From assembly GCF_014764715.1 (NCBI RefSeq), contig NZ_JACXXE010000012.1, positions 18,248-58,247 of the forward strand: a stretch of 40,000 bases of DNA, read 5' to 3'. Positions 1 through 9,700 of this stretch are shown here, piece by piece. The stretch's first letter is position 1; every line of letters begins with the position of its first letter. A model generated the notes under the pieces. The model was given only the letters and a program-made list of their open reading frames with translations. It was not told where the DNA came from and searched no databases. Source of the stretch: Bacillus sp. 28A-2. Lineage in GTDB: Bacteria > Bacillota > Bacilli > Bacillales > Bacillaceae. The position numbers and the translations under genes were made by a program.

Positions 1-134
1 TGCGCTTCGATTTGTTCATTGAGCTTGTTTTCTCGTTCCTTTGTTGTGTTTAATACGTAAAACAGCACCCAACAAAAAAGAACCGCAAATGGTCCTTGTG
101 TCATCAAATATTGAGCCAAATCCATTTCCACCAT
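1..134 (-). CDS. bhlA: BhlA/UviB-family holin-like protein, N-terminal part (gene runs off the left edge)
   Basis: Hand translation from ATG 134-132 gives MVEMDLAQYLMTQGPFAVLFCWVLFYVLNTTKERENKLNEQIEA..., open to the window edge. A GAGG Shine-Dalgarno lies upstream. The sequence is close to my recollection of SPbeta BhlA. Its position after the XkdW/XkdX genes fits the start of a lysis cassette. Confidence 0.6.
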   Translation of the reverse strand, partial: MVEMDLAQYLMTQGPFAVLFCWVLFYVLNTTKERENKLNEQIEA

Positions 135-171
135 ACTCACCTACCTCACTTTGTCCACCCCCTTAAAGAAG

Positions 172-200
172 GCAAAATAAAAAGCCTTTCTACTAGGCTT
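172..200 (-). terminator. Weak intrinsic terminator overlapping the xkdX-like stop codon
   Basis: A 6-bp stem (aagcct 182-187 / aggctt 195-200) with a 7-nt loop is followed on the minus strand by TTTTTATTTT. Confidence 0.3.
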
Positions 201-381
201 CTGACGTTTCTTTATATACTTCACCGGTTATTTCTTTGTATTGATCATGTGTAACATATTCCTCCTGAACGCCCTCTTCTAGATCTTCAATTGAACAATC
301 CTTGAACGACATTGCTTGTTTAACCATTGCAGTTGTGGCCCATTTATAAAATAACGCTAACACCCAAAAATTAAGATTCAT
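193..381 (-). CDS. xkdX: XkdX-family small phage protein
   Basis: 62-aa ORF. The segments WATTAMVKQAM and VTHDQYKEITGEVY fit the XkdX family pattern (recall). It follows the XkdW-like gene, as in PBSX. Confidence 0.6.
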   Translation of the reverse strand: MNLNFWVLALFYKWATTAMVKQAMSFKDCSIEDLEEGVQEEYVTHDQYKEITGEVYKETSEA

Positions 382-718
382 CTGTAAACCCTCCCTTCAA
401 TTTAAGGATGTCTATTCGCATTTCTGCCAGCTGCTGTCCTAACATTGCATTTACTCTTTCTGCCTGTTGACGAGCAATTTTTTCTTTCGCTAACTGTTCA
501 CCAATAAGAAGTAATTGCTTTTCGACCTGGGTCATAGGTTGTTCATTATCTAATTTCAGATACTCTTGCCAAGCAGCATCCAACTCTTCAACTGAAGGCT
601 CCGGTTCTTCTAAGAGCCATGTATCTATGAATTGTCCCTCTCCATCATCCCGAACCGAATAATCCTTACCTAATTCCGCATTCGGGTATAAATATTTGAT
701 CGCTAGCGCCTTATTCAT
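371..718 (-). CDS. xkdW: XkdW/YqcE-like phage protein
   Basis: 115-aa ORF. The N-terminus KYLYPNAELGKDYSVRDDGEGQFIDTWLLEEPEPSVEELDAAW resembles PBSX XkdW (recall). The C-terminus is coiled-coil. Confidence 0.55.
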   Translation of the reverse strand: MNKALAIKYLYPNAELGKDYSVRDDGEGQFIDTWLLEEPEPSVEELDAAWQEYLKLDNEQPMTQVEKQLLLIGEQLAKEKIARQQAERVNAMLGQQLAEMRIDILKLKGGFTDES

Positions 719-728
719 CTTTTCCCTC

Positions 729-1931
729 CTATCTCATATATCTCAATTGAGACATCGTTACATAAGCTGTGTTTATTGATACTGTTTTGTTGGTTCCTCT
801 TGGTGTTATATAGAAAGTTACCTTGTCTCCAGCTTTAAATTTTTGTAATAAATAAAGCACGCACGTACTTGATGATGTCGCTGGATTCCAGTTTCCGAAC
901 CTCTGGTATTCTGATCCGTTGACATAACAGGCCAAGATATTATCTGATCCGACTGTAATATTATTACTAGTGACATATAACCTGATTAAATAAAGACCAC
1001 TGTTTTTCAGTGTGATCTCAGCACGAGAGCGGTTATACTCTGATAAATCATCCGCTCGTGATGCCCCAAAAACAAGCTTTGTTGCAACATTTTCAGCGGC
1101 TGAAACAGATGAATTATCTTGATCATAAGTATCAACAAAAGTGCTGTTTGCCAAATCCTCCACTGTTAAAACTTGTTTCCATCCTTTGAAAACTCCATCA
1201 GTGTGAACAGTGCCATACCAGTACATGTTGTCAAAACTTCTCCATAAACGAATGTCTTTTCTTGTTCCTGCGGTTCCGACATCAATATTGAACCACGATG
1301 AATCATTTGTGAATGGCTTGTTTGTAAGATACTGTCCAGCTGCATAATAACTCCCAGCGGGTAAAGATAAGATATCCGTTCCATCCAAAACAGTTGGGAG
1401 CGGCTTACGATCTCCCGAATCTTGCGTCAGTTTATAGAGTTGTCCACTATTCCATTTATCTTTTTCAGCTGATGTTGGAAGCTGCGTCCAGGTAATTGAA
1501 ATATGATTAGAATTATAGTAGAAGTAATATGCATTGCCTGACGTGTCTACTGCAAATCCAGTTCCGATGTTGTTTTGTCCCACCGTTTGTATTCCTCTTA
1601 AATAGGCGTTACTAGGGGCAGGGGAATCTTCTACACCTGGAGAAGCGATAAAAGTACAAGTTCCCTTGTCCTTGATTGAATCAAAAATACTTCCGTCAGC
1701 CGGAACAGAGATCAAGTATTTGCCGTCATCAGCTGTGATCTTATATAGCTGTGATTCATTCCATTTCTTCTTCTCTGCTACAGATGCATGTGGCTTGGTG
1801 TCATCAACATGGCCAATGATCTGATCTAACAGTCCAGAATCATTTTCAAGTAATACCTTCACCATATCATTGAACAAATCCGCATGAGCTTTATCACTCG
1901 TTTCAAACACTTTAGGAGATTTAATGTCCAT
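729..1931 (-). CDS. Tail fibre / receptor-binding protein (XkdV position)
   Basis: About 400-aa ORF directly after the baseplate genes. It is beta-rich with a Gly/Asn/Thr/Ser-rich C-terminal half and carries an internal duplicated motif. AAAGGAG lies 9 nt before ATG 1931; the track start is a TTG 3 nt upstream. Confidence 0.5.
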   Translation of the reverse strand: MDIKSPKVFETSDKAHADLFNDMVKVLLENDSGLLDQIIGHVDDTKPHASVAEKKKWNESQLYKITADDGKYLISVPADGSIFDSIKDKGTCTFIASPGVEDSPAPSNAYLRGIQTVGQNNIGTGFAVDTSGNAYYFYYNSNHISITWTQLPTSAEKDKWNSGQLYKLTQDSGDRKPLPTVLDGTDILSLPAGSYYAAGQYLTNKPFTNDSSWFNIDVGTAGTRKDIRLWRSFDNMYWYGTVHTDGVFKGWKQVLTVEDLANSTFVDTYDQDNSSVSAAENVATKLVFGASRADDLSEYNRSRAEITLKNSGLYLIRLYVTSNNITVGSDNILACYVNGSEYQRFGNWNPATSSSTCVLYLLQKFKAGDKVTFYITPRGTNKTVSINTAYVTMSQLRYMR

Positions 1932-1948
1932 CAATGATCGCTCCTTTC

Positions 1949-2332
1949 TTAATAGATGTCATCAATCTCAAAGATGAATTCAATGTCACCATCTTTTTGC
2001 TTGTCTGTCATGGTACGGATGGCCGTAAACTTTCCATCTTCATCAACAAGAGCCAATTCGTTGATGACTTCTCCAGCAAGCTCCCCTTCTGCGATGGTGC
2101 ACGTGTACCGGATTTTCGCTGGCTCCATAAACTCATATGAATCAATTTCTTTTTGAGCAAGCTCACTCTTTAATTCTTGTTCTGTTCCATCAAGGGAGAT
2201 TGGCTTTCCGTCCTTCGTTCCTCCATTGCCAAAAGCCATCTTGACCACTTTCGTGAGCTTAGTTCCCTCCGCTCTAGCCTTCGCCATTTGTTGGCGAGCA
2301 TAAAGCGTTGTAACGGTTAATTGATCAGCCAT
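1949..2332 (-). CDS. Tail-collar fibre N-terminal-domain protein (stand-alone)
   Basis: 127-aa ORF. MAFGNGGTKDGKPISLDGTEQELKSELAQKEI...INELALVDEDGKFTAIR fits the N-terminal collar domain of P2 gpH-type fibres (recall). Confidence 0.45.
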   Translation of the reverse strand: MADQLTVTTLYARQQMAKARAEGTKLTKVVKMAFGNGGTKDGKPISLDGTEQELKSELAQKEIDSYEFMEPAKIRYTCTIAEGELAGEVINELALVDEDGKFTAIRTMTDKQKDGDIEFIFEIDDIY

Positions 2333-2344
2333 TATGATCCTCCT

Positions 2345-3268
2345 TTATAAATCTATTTTTTTGGACGTAGCAGCTAGATATTTTGAACCGTCGAGCGGTA
2401 CCGATCCATCAAGCGTCCAATATTTCTGTTTGATAATGACACTGCCACTCTGATCATTTGATACATGAGCAGCCATGCGGAATGTTACTTTCCCTTTTTC
2501 TTTATTTTCGTGTTTGAAACGAGAGCGAAGTGTAAGAGCTGCTTGTTGATCCGTTTCGTTTCTGGCTCCTACCATGACATATCTTGTACGTCCAAGAACT
2601 TTCATTTCTTTTTTGAGTTTCATGGCCAGCTTTAAAGATTGCCTGAAGCGCACTGGAATATCTGTTGAGTTACGCGATCCGCTCAAATAAAAAGTGCCAT
2701 TCAGCAAAAACTCTCCATTCAGCAAGATCGGTATATGATCAAAAAAGCCCACTCTGCTGCGCAGTGTGAGCCGGTTATGATAATCTTTAATTTCTTTTAC
2801 ATCAGTATGATGAACGCTTGTGAATTTGTAAGCCAAGTGTGCAGGCTTTAAGTTTTCAAGCGTCTCCACAATGTATCTGGTGTTCTGCAGGTCATCCAAA
2901 TTAACACGAAGGGAGAAATGATAACGGCCTGCCGTTAGACGAATCACTGCACTAGGATTCTTCAAGAACCGGTTGACTGCCCTCTCTAAAGAAGCATACG
3001 TAATCGGTGGAATGTTGGACATGAGATTCAATATACGTGCCCTGCGCAGTTCAATTGAATCACCTGACTCACGCTGCACCTTCAGCATCCTTTCCCATCG
3101 ATCCAACCCCCATGTTGCTGTGATCGGAAAAAGCTGATCAGTCATATCAAAAATAGAATCATCTAGCCTTTCCATCTCTGGAGCCTCTGATCTCATTAAT
3201 TCATCAAATTCAGTGATCTCCGTTAGGTAGGAAGGTAAATAGGCTTTCATATCATCATACTTGCTCAA
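2345..3268 (-). CDS. Baseplate wedge protein, DUF2313 / XkdU / P2 gpI-like
   Basis: 307-aa ORF. The N-terminus YLPSYLTEITEFDELMRSE...ITATWGLDRWERML is typical of the YmfQ/XkdU family (recall). It follows the baseplate J gene with a 14-nt overlap. Confidence 0.55.
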   Translation of the reverse strand: MSKYDDMKAYLPSYLTEITEFDELMRSEAPEMERLDDSIFDMTDQLFPITATWGLDRWERMLKVQRESGDSIELRRARILNLMSNIPPITYASLERAVNRFLKNPSAVIRLTAGRYHFSLRVNLDDLQNTRYIVETLENLKPAHLAYKFTSVHHTDVKEIKDYHNRLTLRSRVGFFDHIPILLNGEFLLNGTFYLSGSRNSTDIPVRFRQSLKLAMKLKKEMKVLGRTRYVMVGARNETDQQAALTLRSRFKHENKEKGKVTFRMAAHVSNDQSGSVIIKQKYWTLDGSVPLDGSKYLAATSKKIDL

Positions 3269-4301
3269 TGACGTTCACCTGCCCTAGACGCGGGATTTCA
3301 ATGTCTTGGAGGGGCAAGTTTTTGGCTTCGCCGTTTATCAAGACATCCGCATAATCAGATACACTATCCGCATGATATAAAATGTCATTGATCGCTGACA
3401 TTCTGATCACATTTTCTTCAAAAGCAAGTGATTTTAGGAGAGCCTTGATCTTCTCCTCTATTTCTTGTTGAGCATCTTCAAGTGAATAGTCCATTTTAAG
3501 CTCTACAGATACAGACACCTCTACATCTTTCCATTTGGCACTTTCAACAGTTGCGGTCGCTCCAATCGGTGCTTGACCTTCCCCTTCCCCTGGAACCGGA
3601 TCAATGTACTCTTGGACCTTATTGACGAGCAAATCCGTCGCAACATCAAAATTCCCATCTGTGATGACAACTTTCACTGTGCCTTCCCCGTTCCAAAGAG
3701 GAAAAACCTTTGCTCTGCCAACTCCTTCTACTTCTTCAGCCCACTTTTTATAATGTGCTTTATTAGCGCTAACAGCCTCCCGCCTTGCCCTCATCAAGTA
3801 CCGCTCATAAAGAGCTTCATCATCTTCTTCCTCTTGCCCTGGTATCTTCAATTCTTCAAATATGACAGACTCCAGCCCTGGTATGTTATCGAGTGATAGG
3901 AGCGGCAGCTCTGCAAAATTCCCGTTGCCTACAGCACCAGTCGTTTCACATTTCAAAGTTCCATCGGATTGAAATTGAAAATATAGACTATCAATGTAGA
4001 ACCTTGATCCAGTTGGTATTCTGATAGTTTTAGGTGTCACATCAACGGACCATACAGCACTTGTGGCAGCTTTACGAGTGATTCCAACTTCAGCAGCTCG
4101 TCTATCTAAAAATTCTCCCTGCGCTGTATCCGCAAAGACAAGATCGAATACCTGATCAAGCCATATATAAGATTGAGCAAGTTCCGCAGCTGCAGGAGCC
4201 AGCGCATTCCATATAACGCTGTTTTCACGTTTATCAATATCATCGGGTATACGTTCCAACATGCGTTCCATGATGGCTTCATACGATTGTTCTTCAAACA
4301 T
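3255..4301 (-). CDS. xkdT: Baseplate J-like protein
   Basis: About 348 aa, matching the size and position of PBSX XkdT. The start is set at ATG 4301, 10 nt after GGAGGTG; the track TTG start sits only 1 nt after the SD. Confidence 0.65.
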   Translation of the reverse strand: MFEEQSYEAIMERMLERIPDDIDKRENSVIWNALAPAAAELAQSYIWLDQVFDLVFADTAQGEFLDRRAAEVGITRKAATSAVWSVDVTPKTIRIPTGSRFYIDSLYFQFQSDGTLKCETTGAVGNGNFAELPLLSLDNIPGLESVIFEELKIPGQEEEDDEALYERYLMRARREAVSANKAHYKKWAEEVEGVGRAKVFPLWNGEGTVKVVITDGNFDVATDLLVNKVQEYIDPVPGEGEGQAPIGATATVESAKWKDVEVSVSVELKMDYSLEDAQQEIEEKIKALLKSLAFEENVIRMSAINDILYHADSVSDYADVLINGEAKNLPLQDIEIPRLGQVNVIEQV

Positions 4302-4725
4302 CTTCGCCAATCACCTCCTCGATCTCCAAGGTTCCCTCATCTGTCACCACTTCAAATATCACCTTAAAGGCTGCCCCCTCTTTAGTGATCTCAAAATCTT
4401 GAACACTTTCGATTCTCTCATCAACAAGAAGTGCTTCTTCAATGAGCCGCGGGATCTCCATCTCCTTGTATTCGTCCGTTGATTCTTCATCAGACACAGC
4501 TTCTTGAACCTCACATCCTACATCATGGCTATAAACGGCATGTGAATATCGTTCCGTTCGCAAAGCCATATAGACAAATTGGCGAATGGCATCGAGACCA
4601 TTAATCTTTTCATTGGTTAAACGGCCAGACTCAAAGTCGATTCGGTAGGTGGTCGAAGGTTCAACAATATCCTCTTCATCCTCCTCGAAATCTTCGATTT
4701 CTTCTTCTGGAGAGAGTGCCATCAT
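4294..4725 (-). CDS. XkdS-like baseplate protein (DUF2634)
   Basis: 143-aa ORF with an acidic N-terminus. An ATGA overlap couples it to the preceding gene. Its order matches xkdR-xkdS-xkdT. Confidence 0.5.
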   Translation of the reverse strand: MMALSPEEEIEDFEEDEEDIVEPSTTYRIDFESGRLTNEKINGLDAIRQFVYMALRTERYSHAVYSHDVGCEVQEAVSDEESTDEYKEMEIPRLIEEALLVDERIESVQDFEITKEGAAFKVIFEVVTDEGTLEIEEVIGEDV

Positions 4726-5003
4726 GAACCACCTCCTACTACTTTATCTAAGATGTAAAACGTCTGGCCGCCTGTCATTGCAAGGACCATGACACTATCG
4801 CCTTCTTCTAGCTCATCATCTTCCCCCTCATCTAAGCGGGCTGGCCATATAAGCAAATCTTCAGGAATGATGAGTTTGTCATTTTCATTTAATCGGATGC
4901 TTAGAGGAGAAACAGACACAACATCACCGAGTATCAATTCAGTTGGCGATTGTGCATCAACCGCATTGACGGCCAATCGCTTAATTGCATCGCTTAGTTT
5001 CAT
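4722..5003 (-). CDS. XkdR-like small tail protein (DUF2577)
   Basis: 93-aa ORF between the XkdQ-like and XkdS-like genes. Its size and position match PBSX XkdR. Confidence 0.5.
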   Translation of the reverse strand: MKLSDAIKRLAVNAVDAQSPTELILGDVVSVSPLSIRLNENDKLIIPEDLLIWPARLDEGEDDELEEGDSVMVLAMTGGQTFYILDKVVGGGS

Positions 5004-6097
5004 GACTGATTCCCCGTTGGGATTGTATTCTTTTCAACGACATCGATCGTCATGGTGTGTTTGGTTCCTTTAAATTCATGGCTGTCTTGATCGATCCAGT
5101 ACGTTTTTTTAATGCCGATATCAGGAATGATAATGCGTACTGGCATGCCGCTTTGTAATCCAGGAATACCTAGAGCTTGAATACTTTTCAGCTCTTTTTT
5201 TACGCCTTTCTTTTGAGCCAGTCGGACATCTGCTCTCTTTTGCAGCTGTGCTTTGTTGATCTCTCCTGACACTCTTTCAACGTGCTGAAGGATACCGTAT
5301 TTACTTCTAGCAGCACTATCATTCGCCACAGCCAGCATCTCAATCTCTTTCTTTTGCGTGACAGTTTTCGGCTTCGTAGGTTTGGTCGTTTTCTTATCTT
5401 TTTCTTTATCTTTGTCAGTAGTCTTAGATTTCTTTTTTTCCTTCTTCAGCACCTTAATTTTTTCCACATGTGTCGCTCTCATCTTCACACGTGTGGCTGT
5501 TTCCTCAATCGAGGTGCTGTACTGATAATCAATGAGATTCACGCCTGATTCAATGACCCATACTTCGGACGGATCAGGCCAAGCTCTCAGCCCCATTTTG
5601 CCTTTAGAAGAATAAATCTGATAGTTACGTCCTGTTTGTTTCTTTGTTTCTCTTAGAGCCTGCAAGATGATGTCATATAGGCTTGTATCGTTTTTGAATA
5701 CAAGTGATTTAATGACATGGCCAGTGTTAGCGATCGACGTCATCGGGATCTGAAAATCTTGACCAAGCCGCTTCATTATCTGATCAGCTCTCTTATTGGA
5801 AAAGACATAGACATCCTGGTTCTTCACCAAGTACTGAAGCATGTCATAAGCAGTAAAAGTGAGCTTTTCATCTTTGGGCGTTCTTGCAAACACCGTTCCT
5901 CGAAAGAGTTCTTTTCCTTTCCATTTGAAAAGAACAGTGTCACCCTCTTTGATGCTGTAATACTTTTGACTTCCTTGCTTTGTAACGATAGTCGCTTGAA
6001 TTGAGCGGGGGGCCTGATACCTTTGCCCCCGAAGTGTCACACTCTCTGTCACAAGCTCGTACATGGTCCCGCTTCTGATGGCAAAAAGCTCAATCAA
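5000..6097 (-). CDS. XkdQ-like tail/baseplate hub protein
   Basis: The ORF follows the LysM gene. The start is set at TTG 6097, 6 nt after AGGGGGG, giving MIELFAIRSG... It contains a Lys-rich low-complexity insert (KKEKKKSKTTDKDKEKDKKTTKPTKPK). Confidence 0.5.
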   Translation of the reverse strand: MIELFAIRSGTMYELVTESVTLRGQRYQAPRSIQATIVTKQGSQKYYSIKEGDTVLFKWKGKELFRGTVFARTPKDEKLTFTAYDMLQYLVKNQDVYVFSNKRADQIMKRLGQDFQIPMTSIANTGHVIKSLVFKNDTSLYDIILQALRETKKQTGRNYQIYSSKGKMGLRAWPDPSEVWVIESGVNLIDYQYSTSIEETATRVKMRATHVEKIKVLKKEKKKSKTTDKDKEKDKKTTKPTKPKTVTQKKEIEMLAVANDSAARSKYGILQHVERVSGEINKAQLQKRADVRLAQKKGVKKELKSIQALGIPGLQSGMPVRIIIPDIGIKKTYWIDQDSHEFKGTKHTMTIDVVEKNTIPTGNQS

Positions 6098-6108
6098 TGT
6101 CAGCCCCC

Positions 6109-6771
6109 CTATTGTGGTATTTTTAATTTTTGACCAGGGAAAATCCAATGCCCTGGTTGTCTAATATTGCGTCTACTTCGTTTGATCATCGCGGCTTTAT
6201 TCGCATTCCAAATGCGGCGCCATTTTGTGCTATCACCATAGAAGCGGCCAGAAATATCCCACAAGGTATCACCCTTTTTAACGGTGTACACTTTTGGTGC
6301 GCCTTTTGAGCTGCGTTTTTTGCTGCTCTTTTTGGCTTTCCGTTTAATTTTTCTAGGTGATGCGGTTTTGTATTCTTTCAGCTGCAGCGTGAATTCTCGA
6401 TCACCAACATCATAAGTACCTTCATTGTGATTGAAGCTTTCTATGCTGCATTGCATATTGATTTTGGTTCCAGTAACGATAAAGCGTACAGGCTTCTTTG
6501 AACGCATCATTCGTTCAATTTTCGCTATCGCATTCTCTGGTGATGGAATGCTTTTATATTCAGCGATCGGTGTATACTTCTTGGGAAAAAAGGCTGTAAA
6601 TGAAATTTGGCGAGCCCCTGGTACATCCAAGAATGTGAGCTCGCCAAATTTTGATACTTTGATAGATTCATTTTGTACGTTGTTATTGAGTTCCAATTTC
6701 TCAGGAAGAACAGGGAATCGTAATTTGTCCTTCCCTTGCGAAATCCACAATTGATATTTTGATTTAGCCAT
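6109..6771 (-). CDS. xkdP: LysM-domain tail protein
   Basis: 220-aa ORF with a C-terminal LysM motif ([31 protein letters not shown]...[10 protein letters not shown]). It lies immediately after the tape measure gene, as XkdP does. Confidence 0.7.
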   Translation of the reverse strand: MAKSKYQLWISQGKDKLRFPVLPEKLELNNNVQNESIKVSKFGELTFLDVPGARQISFTAFFPKKYTPIAEYKSIPSPENAIAKIERMMRSKKPVRFIVTGTKINMQCSIESFNHNEGTYDVGDREFTLQLKEYKTASPRKIKRKAKKSSKKRSSKGAPKVYTVKKGDTLWDISGRFYGDSTKWRRIWNANKAAMIKRSRRNIRQPGHWIFPGQKLKIPQ

Positions 6772-9700
6772 CGATCACGACTCCCTTCGTTCCTGTGTTG
6801 ATTTCATTCTCTAACTCATCAATCAACATCTGTTTGATCTTCTCTGCAAGCCCTTCTGCATCTTGGCCATTATGATAATGCTGTTCACCATTAAAATTAA
6901 TGATGATCTGTTTTGATCCACCAGAAGCAGAAGGTGCATTCGCTGTGCCGGCTGTTACTGTTTGCACCTGCCCTTGTGAAAGCTCAGATGATGTAGCGGT
7001 GGCCGGATCGTATACGTCCATTCCTAAAGCCTGTGCAGCTTGAGCCAACAAGTAGCGACCACGTATGCCACGCTCTTCAGGAATAATCCATTCACGCTTG
7101 TTTCCTTCACCGACTCTAGCGATTTGTTCTTGCGTGATTAGACCACCGTTTGCATACCCCTTATATGGTCCACCGTTTCTGATACTTCTCAATCCAGGTG
7201 TATTATAGACACTTCCATATCTGCCTTTGATGTAATTGATAGCAGCTGCAGCATTATGAATCGGGTTCCAGATGTCGTTCATGCCGCTTGCCTTATTAGA
7301 ATTAAAGGTCGGATCAATGGTTTGCATCAATCCTTTTGACGGCGTTCCTCTCTTGGCATTTGAATCCCATAGGTTGATCGCTTTCGGGTTTCCACGTGAC
7401 TCATTCTGTGCGATAGTCATCAAACCAGGTAGCCAGCTCATAGATGTGCCGGTTGCCATTAAAGCAGCCATCAGCCATTGTTGAACACTCAGGTTAGATG
7501 CACCCATTCCGCTAAATGCAGCAATTAAGGAACCGGCTTGATTCTCTGCGAATTTCTTTACATCAACTGAATCAAGACCTTTGACGACACCGATTGATGC
7601 GAATTTCCCAAGACTCATCATGACGCGTGAAGGAGAATGTATATCTAATTCTTCTCTAAACGCCTGTTCTACTTTCTTCGCCATTTCTTTAGCTGCTTGT
7701 GTCACTTCGCTTCCTTTGGAACGCATACCGCTGTTGAATGAGTCAATCAGTCCACTGCCCCATGTAGGTGACTCTTGTCGGGCAGATAAGAAAGGTTGTC
7801 TTACATTTTGATCTAAGAATTGACCTGTACCGGTTGGTGTCATGTTTTGACCTGCGGCAAAGCCAGTGACAGTTTGTGCTCCATACTGCGGAGTCGCTGC
7901 CTGAATTTGAGTAAATGGCTGCTTGATATTAGCTTGTTTCCACTGTTCAAGTGAAACGACTTTGCTGTTTAACCCTTTTTCAAAGTCAGTGCTAAACTGT
8001 TCCCCGTATTTTGATGCGTTGGCCGCGTCTCCAATTGATACCGATCCACTTGTAGAAGTGGAAACTGATGAAGCGGCTGCCGGTCTCATAGGAGATGATG
8101 AACCAGTTTGAGAAATTGGTGAAGCACCGCTTGGCATAACAGACATTCCAAGGTGAGAAGCAGCCTGAGCAAGCAACATCTTCCCCCGTCCTTTATTGTT
8201 TTCAGTTGGGATGACAAACTCTTTTCCTGCTTCTCCGATCCACGAGAGTGTTGGCTTTGTGATATAACCACCGGTGGCTTTCTGATCTGGCTTTTTTCCC
8301 TTAGTAGGGATTTTTTTATACCCTGTCTTTTCTTCACCTTTTTTTTCAAAAATTTTAAATACATTTCCGGTGGTTTCTTTAATTTTACCGACTACATTTC
8401 CTACAACTCCAAAGATACCTTCCCATGTTTTTTTTAAGTTTTCAGCATGTTTTTTTAGTGGATTAAACACTTTTTCCTCAAACCATCCACTCACTACTTT
8501 CCAAATACCTTTGATGATTGTCCATGCATCCTTAAATTTCTCCCACACGAAGGTAATCGCTGGCTCTGCATACTTTTTATATGGTTGCCACACATACTCA
8601 TCAAACCATGTTGCGAGCACCACCCATGATGTTTTAATCCAGTTCCAAGTGTTTTTAAATAGGTTCCAGATAAACATGATGGCTGGCAGACCAACGTTAA
8701 TAAAAGGCTGCCAAACGAAAGTATCAAACCATACCGCAAATGTACCCCAGACAAACTGAATCCAATTCCAGAACTCGGTTAATTTATTCCATACCCATAC
8801 GATGGCTTCAATCGCCACTGATCCAAATGGTTCCCAGACATATGTCATAAACCATGCTGAGAAAACGGACCAGGTGATTTGTATCCAGTTCCACAATTCA
8901 ACGATCTTGTTCCATACCAGGGTGATTGCAGTAACCGCCACTTGTCCGTACGGAGTCCATACATTGTCCATGAACCAAGTTGATGCAGCTCCCCATACGG
9001 TACTAATCACTTCCCACGCAACGACAAAAACACCAACTACAAAGTTGATGATCGGTACTGCAAAGTTATAAATCGGCAGCCACACGTTATTCATGAACCA
9101 TGAAGAAAGCTGCCCCCATTTCTCTGTGATCCAGGTCCATGTGTCGCTGAAGAACGTTGTAATAGGAGTTAGCACATTATCATTGAACCAACCGGAAACA
9201 GTGCTCCATGTGTCTTTAATCCATTGGACTGCATTTTCCGCCCCTTTTACAAGCTCATCCCATTTCTTTTTGATAGTTCCGTCATCGAACATCTTGCCGA
9301 TCCAATTACCGAGATCGCCGCCAAAGATGCTCCCTAATACTCCACCGATAGCTGTTCCGATTCCAGGGGCGATCAATGTACCAAGCGCAGCTCCACCGAT
9401 ACCGCCGCCTAGATTTCCCATGAATCCACCGATCTTTTCGCCTTTGTTGTCATTATTCATGCCAATTAACTCGGTGGCTGCTATAGCTGTACCGAGAATA
9501 GGAATACGTTTCCCGATGCTCTTTGCACCTTTACCGACTTTACCTAACAATCCACCGCCACGCGCTTGGTTTGGTGTGGTTGGTCTTACTGGATCTCCTC
9601 TATTGATCCAAGGCTGACGATATTCAGGAGTTCGTGGGTTCCTTGGCGGTCGCCCTGCTCCTCCAGCTCCGCCGATTACACCGCCGCTGGTTCCTGCTCC

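Noticed and set aside
9093-9617. 174-aa plus-strand ORF, plus many other plus-strand ORFs between 7272 and 11837
   Set aside because: These ORFs are antisense to the well-supported 1658-aa tape measure gene. They have low-complexity Pro/Ser/Ile-rich translations and no ribosome binding sites. They are shadow ORFs.
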